Positions 29,937 to 32,307 of a stretch of DNA of 32,307 nt are shown here, in pieces. Location of the stretch: positions 1-32,307 of the IMG/VR virus record IMGVR_UViG_3300038701_000231; one strand, written 5' to 3'. The notes beneath the pieces are model-generated. The model was not told the origin of the DNA and ran no database searches. It saw only the letters and a list, made by a program, of their open reading frames with translations. Origin of the DNA: a virus. Numbering within the stretch: position 1 is the stretch's first letter; the number at the start of each line of letters is the position of its first letter. A program made the translations under genes and the position numbers.

Positions 29937-30707
29937 TTATAATTCACCTGTTAAACAATAGTTATCTAAGTCTGCACTCTCTATAAAGAATTTAGTATAT
30001 AGGTTAATTGCTTTTTCTACTTTTTCTTCGCCTTTAAAATAAAACTCTTCTGAACAGTTAAATATGCCTATATCTAAACTTCCTTTGTCTAAAGCTAAAA
30101 AATAAAAGTCTTTGTGGGTTAAGTTAAACAAATTACAATAAAGGTAACATTGTACATCATAACCATATTTATTAGCCGAATAACTAAAACCTCTGATGTC
30201 TGTTGTAGTTTTTAAATCTACTATCCTATCTGATGCTAATACGTCTGCCTTACCTCTGAATGGCAAATCCATTACATTGTCTATTGCTGGTACTTCAAAC
30301 TCGCTGTTTCTTATTAGTTCTTTTGCGTGTTCGTTTCTTAGGAACGCATCAGCTAATCTTTCTGCATCGTTTTTCTCTTTTGCTGTAAACACTCTAGGGT
30401 TTTCCTTTTTAGCCTCTCTAAACGCTTTTGTGTTCTTGCTCTGAACATCTATAAAAGTCTGTGCTGAAAATACGTGCGGCTCTAGTATGGCTGTGTGAAA
30501 TAACCACCCATCTCTCAAAGGTTGTGATTCTGGTGTGCCATAGTCTAAACTGTATTTATAAGTTTTAGGACTTGAAAGTAGTTGTTTAAGGCTACTACTA
30601 CTTAACGCTAGTTTGTTTAACTCACCGTAATAAAATGAATCGTCATCCATACGTTTAATTAAATCCTCTTTGTTGTAATAATTGTTGTCTAATAATTTGA
30701 TTTTCAT
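29937..30707 (-). CDS. PD-(D/E)XK exonuclease (RecB/lambda-Exo-like, DUF3799-type) (256 aa)
   Basis: GKADVL...IVDLKTT (D...D-x-K) followed by YDVQCYLY (QxxxY). Confidence 0.65.
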   Translation of the reverse strand: MKIKLLDNNYYNKEDLIKRMDDDSFYYGELNKLALSSSSLKQLLSSPKTYKYSLDYGTPESQPLRDGWLFHTAILEPHVFSAQTFIDVQSKNTKAFREAKKENPRVFTAKEKNDAERLADAFLRNEHAKELIRNSEFEVPAIDNVMDLPFRGKADVLASDRIVDLKTTTDIRGFSYSANKYGYDVQCYLYCNLFNLTHKDFYFLALDKGSLDIGIFNCSEEFYFKGEEKVEKAINLYTKFFIESADLDNYCLTGEL

Positions 30708-30906
30708 AATTTATTTTTTTTAAGTGTTTGTTTATCTCGTTTCTTTTTAAATATTTACCAGCTATAAAAAAACCTCTTTGATTGTACTTTAAAATCTTAC
30801 CAGTCTTTTCATTTATTATTTTTTTACAATCTGTTACTTTTAGATGTGGATAATCTTTAAACTGCCATTTGCATTTAAAAATTACATTTACATAATAATC
30901 AATCAT
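30655..30906 (-). CDS. Hypothetical protein (83 aa from the ATG)
   Basis: The track start at 30912 is a TTG; the ATG is at 30904..30906. The 3' end overlaps the exonuclease gene by 53 nt. Confidence 0.45.
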   Translation of the reverse strand: MIDYYVNVIFKCKWQFKDYPHLKVTDCKKIINEKTGKILKYNQRGFFIAGKYLKRNEINKHLKKINYENQIIRQQLLQQRGFN

Positions 30907-30957
30907 AATCAATTAGTTACTTGAAATTAAACTTTACATATAAGTAGTTGTACACAA

Positions 30958-31605
30958 TTAAAAAAGGGTTTGTTGCCTTCTATAAACGTCCAGTCTTTTG
31001 CTTGCCTTACGAAAATAATCGCTATCAATTTCACAAGCGGTTAAATCGAAACCTAAGTCATCACAAGCAACAGCAATGCTTCCACTTCCCAAGTGCGAAT
31101 CAAATATTTTGTTGCCCTCACTTGCATATTCATTAAGCAAGTATCTATAAAGTTCAACAGGCTTTTGTGTTGGGTGTATGCTTCCGCCTTTCTGCGCTAT
31201 CAAACCTCTGTTAAATGTAAATATCCTCGTTGCTTTATCAAAGCTACTGTATGCAAGCTCGCAATCACTCATAGTTAAGCCGTGTTGTCCTTTATCCCAA
31301 ACAATCCAGCCTTTAGTTCCTTTTTGTAAATGGGCAACAAAATAATTCGCACCCCAAACAATTTGATTTTTAGATATTCTTTCAAGTTCTCTAAAGTATT
31401 CATCAGTAGGTATTGCAGAATCCCACCCTTTAAAGTCGTGTGCTTTCCTATTATGTTTAGGGTTTTTACAAATGCTTTCTTTTTGTCCGTCAACACCTAT
31501 ACCATAGGGTGGGTCAACGATAGCTAAATCAAATTGTTTATCCTCGCATTGCTTCATAAAAGGCAAACAATCAACGTTATGCAATTCTATTTTACTTCTG
31601 TACAT
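30958..31605 (-). CDS. Beta-class amino DNA methyltransferase (N6-A or N4-C), orphan (215 aa)
   Basis: Motif IV (IVDPPYGIG) precedes motif I (IFDSHLGSGSIAVAC). No endonuclease partner is present. Confidence 0.85.
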   Translation of the reverse strand: MYRSKIELHNVDCLPFMKQCEDKQFDLAIVDPPYGIGVDGQKESICKNPKHNRKAHDFKGWDSAIPTDEYFRELERISKNQIVWGANYFVAHLQKGTKGWIVWDKGQHGLTMSDCELAYSSFDKATRIFTFNRGLIAQKGGSIHPTQKPVELYRYLLNEYASEGNKIFDSHLGSGSIAVACDDLGFDLTACEIDSDYFRKASKRLDVYRRQQTLF

Positions 31606-31736
31606 ATCATCCTTTTTTAACAGATGTACAACACCGTATATAAAAAATAGCGGTTTAGTTGCTTATCCGTTGGTTAGTGTTTATTTATTAATTTGTTTCA
31701 TTTCCGATAGTTTCTGCGTGTTTATCCGCTACTTTT

Positions 31737-31758
31737 CATATACAAGTACGTTAGCCAC
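31737..31758 (-). promoter_or_regulatory. Early box
   Basis: Minus strand GTGGCTAACGTACTTGTATATG. Its TAA is the stop codon of ORF 31751..32008. Confidence 0.5.
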
Positions 31759-32008
31759 AATTAATTGCTTGTAAAATTCCATCAATTAATCTTTCTTGTT
31801 GTCTTGTGTTTTGTATGTAACATAAATCTATTTGCTTTATTTTCGCAATTAACAGTTCACGTTGTTGGCTAACACCGTGTATAGATAATTGCTTCGCTTG
31901 TTCTTCTTTCCAATAACCGTATTGCTCAATAAGTCTTACAGCTTGTGCATCATTACCACAACTCAAAACGTATTTTATTTTTTCTAAGGTTTCTTCTTCT
32001 GGTGTCAT
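31751..32008 (-). CDS. Hypothetical protein (85 aa)
   Basis: ATG ORF. Its stop codon is the TAA of an early box. Confidence 0.6.
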   Translation of the reverse strand: MTPEEETLEKIKYVLSCGNDAQAVRLIEQYGYWKEEQAKQLSIHGVSQQRELLIAKIKQIDLCYIQNTRQQERLIDGILQAINCG

Positions 32009-32048
32009 TTCTATTTTATTAAGTTAATTATAATTTCACGCAACTACA

Positions 32049-32070
32049 CATACACGAATACGTTGTATGC
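32049..32070 (-). promoter_or_regulatory. Early box
   Basis: Minus strand GCATACAACGTATTCGTGTATG. Starts 2 nt after the upstream stop and lies 40 nt before the ATG at 32008. Confidence 0.5.
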
Positions 32071-32072
32071 AA

Positions 32073-32276
32073 TTAATTACTTTTTAATTTTCTATAACTA
32101 TTTCCTAGTCTTATCCAATGGTCTTCTGGCAATAAGTCATCAATAGTACATATCAATGTCGTAATTAACAGTTCTCTTCGCTTTTTTTCGTTTTTAAGTT
32201 CTTCTATATTAGCTTCAAGTTCTAAATTTTTAGAGCCTAGATTTTTTGCCAACTTTTCCCAATTTACTTTTTCCAT
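32073..32276 (-). CDS. Hypothetical coiled-coil protein (67 aa); its 5' end is duplicated at 1..96
   Basis: ATG ORF spanning the terminal repeat. Confidence 0.6.
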   Translation of the reverse strand: MEKVNWEKLAKNLGSKNLELEANIEELKNEKKRRELLITTLICTIDDLLPEDHWIRLGNSYRKLKSN

Positions 32277-32307
32277 ATTTATTAATTTAAGGTTGTGTAC
32301 AAATTGT
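32181..32307. repeat. Second copy of the 127-bp terminal direct repeat
   Basis: Identical to 1..127. Confidence 0.95.

Noticed and set aside
30845-30853. Perfect DnaA box (TGTGGATAA, reverse complement of TTATCCACA).
   Set aside because: It is a single 9-mer inside a coding region. Roughly 0.4 occurrences are expected by chance on two strands of an AT-rich 32-kb genome, and there is no cluster of boxes or adjacent AT-rich unwinding element.
31275-31496. 73-aa minus-strand ORF inside the methyltransferase gene.
   Set aside because: It is an alternative frame fully contained in the 215-aa methyltransferase ORF, which carries clear catalytic motifs. No independent signal supports it.
1-32307. 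Lysogeny module (integrase, CI-type repressor, attP) or a defence island.
   Set aside because: No tyrosine or serine recombinase motifs or large repressor were recognised in any ORF. Apart from the small HTH protein, the content is that of a compact, probably virulent phage.

Overview
The window is a complete, circularly closed or terminally redundant genome of a tailed dsDNA phage. Bases 1..127 are identical to 32181..32307, so the unique length is about 32,180 bp. GC content is low. Every credible gene lies on the minus strand, genes are tightly packed, and many show ATGA/TAATG stop-start coupling. No Shine-Dalgarno sequences are visible, and two intergenic promoters fit the Bacteroidetes TTTG-N19-21-TAnnTTTG consensus. 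I therefore infer a Bacteroidota (probably Flavobacteriia) host.

Modules in transcription order (descending coordinates):
- 32276->28372: small early genes, a beta-class DNA methyltransferase, a PD-(D/E)XK exonuclease, a DUF3310 protein, a DnaA-domain-IV-like protein and a lipoprotein.
- 28308->26843: terS and terL.
- 26807->9919: virion genes in a non-canonical order. They run chaperone-like gene with a -1 frameshift, tail proteins, tape measure, XkdF protease, scaffold, major capsid, portal with a C-terminal extension, an HNH homing endonuclease, then LRR/LamG fibre proteins.
- 9922->8737: lysis genes.
- 8653->4350: GIY-YIG endonuclease, NinG, SSAP-like protein, SSB, RecA-fold helicase, ECF-like sigma factor and a nuclease.
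- 4264->181: small hypothetical genes.

No integrase, repressor, tRNA or CRISPR array was recognised.

Main second-look items:
- A perfect U UUU UUU -1 frameshift site with an 85-codon open -1 frame.
- A roughly 21-nt box (GCnnnTAACGGTnnnGTATATG) repeated 8 or more times, only between the small early ORFs.
- A two-gene cassette bracketed by perfect 19-bp inverted repeats with outward-facing terminator hairpins.
- A second motif (TTTATATATwAGTArG) in front of three late genes, in a phage that encodes its own sigma factor.
- A small-ORF plus tiny-HTH operon with acr-aca-like architecture.
- Several real-looking ORFs under 60 aa that are absent from the ORF track, including a holin candidate.

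All functional calls come from motifs read by eye. No database search was run.
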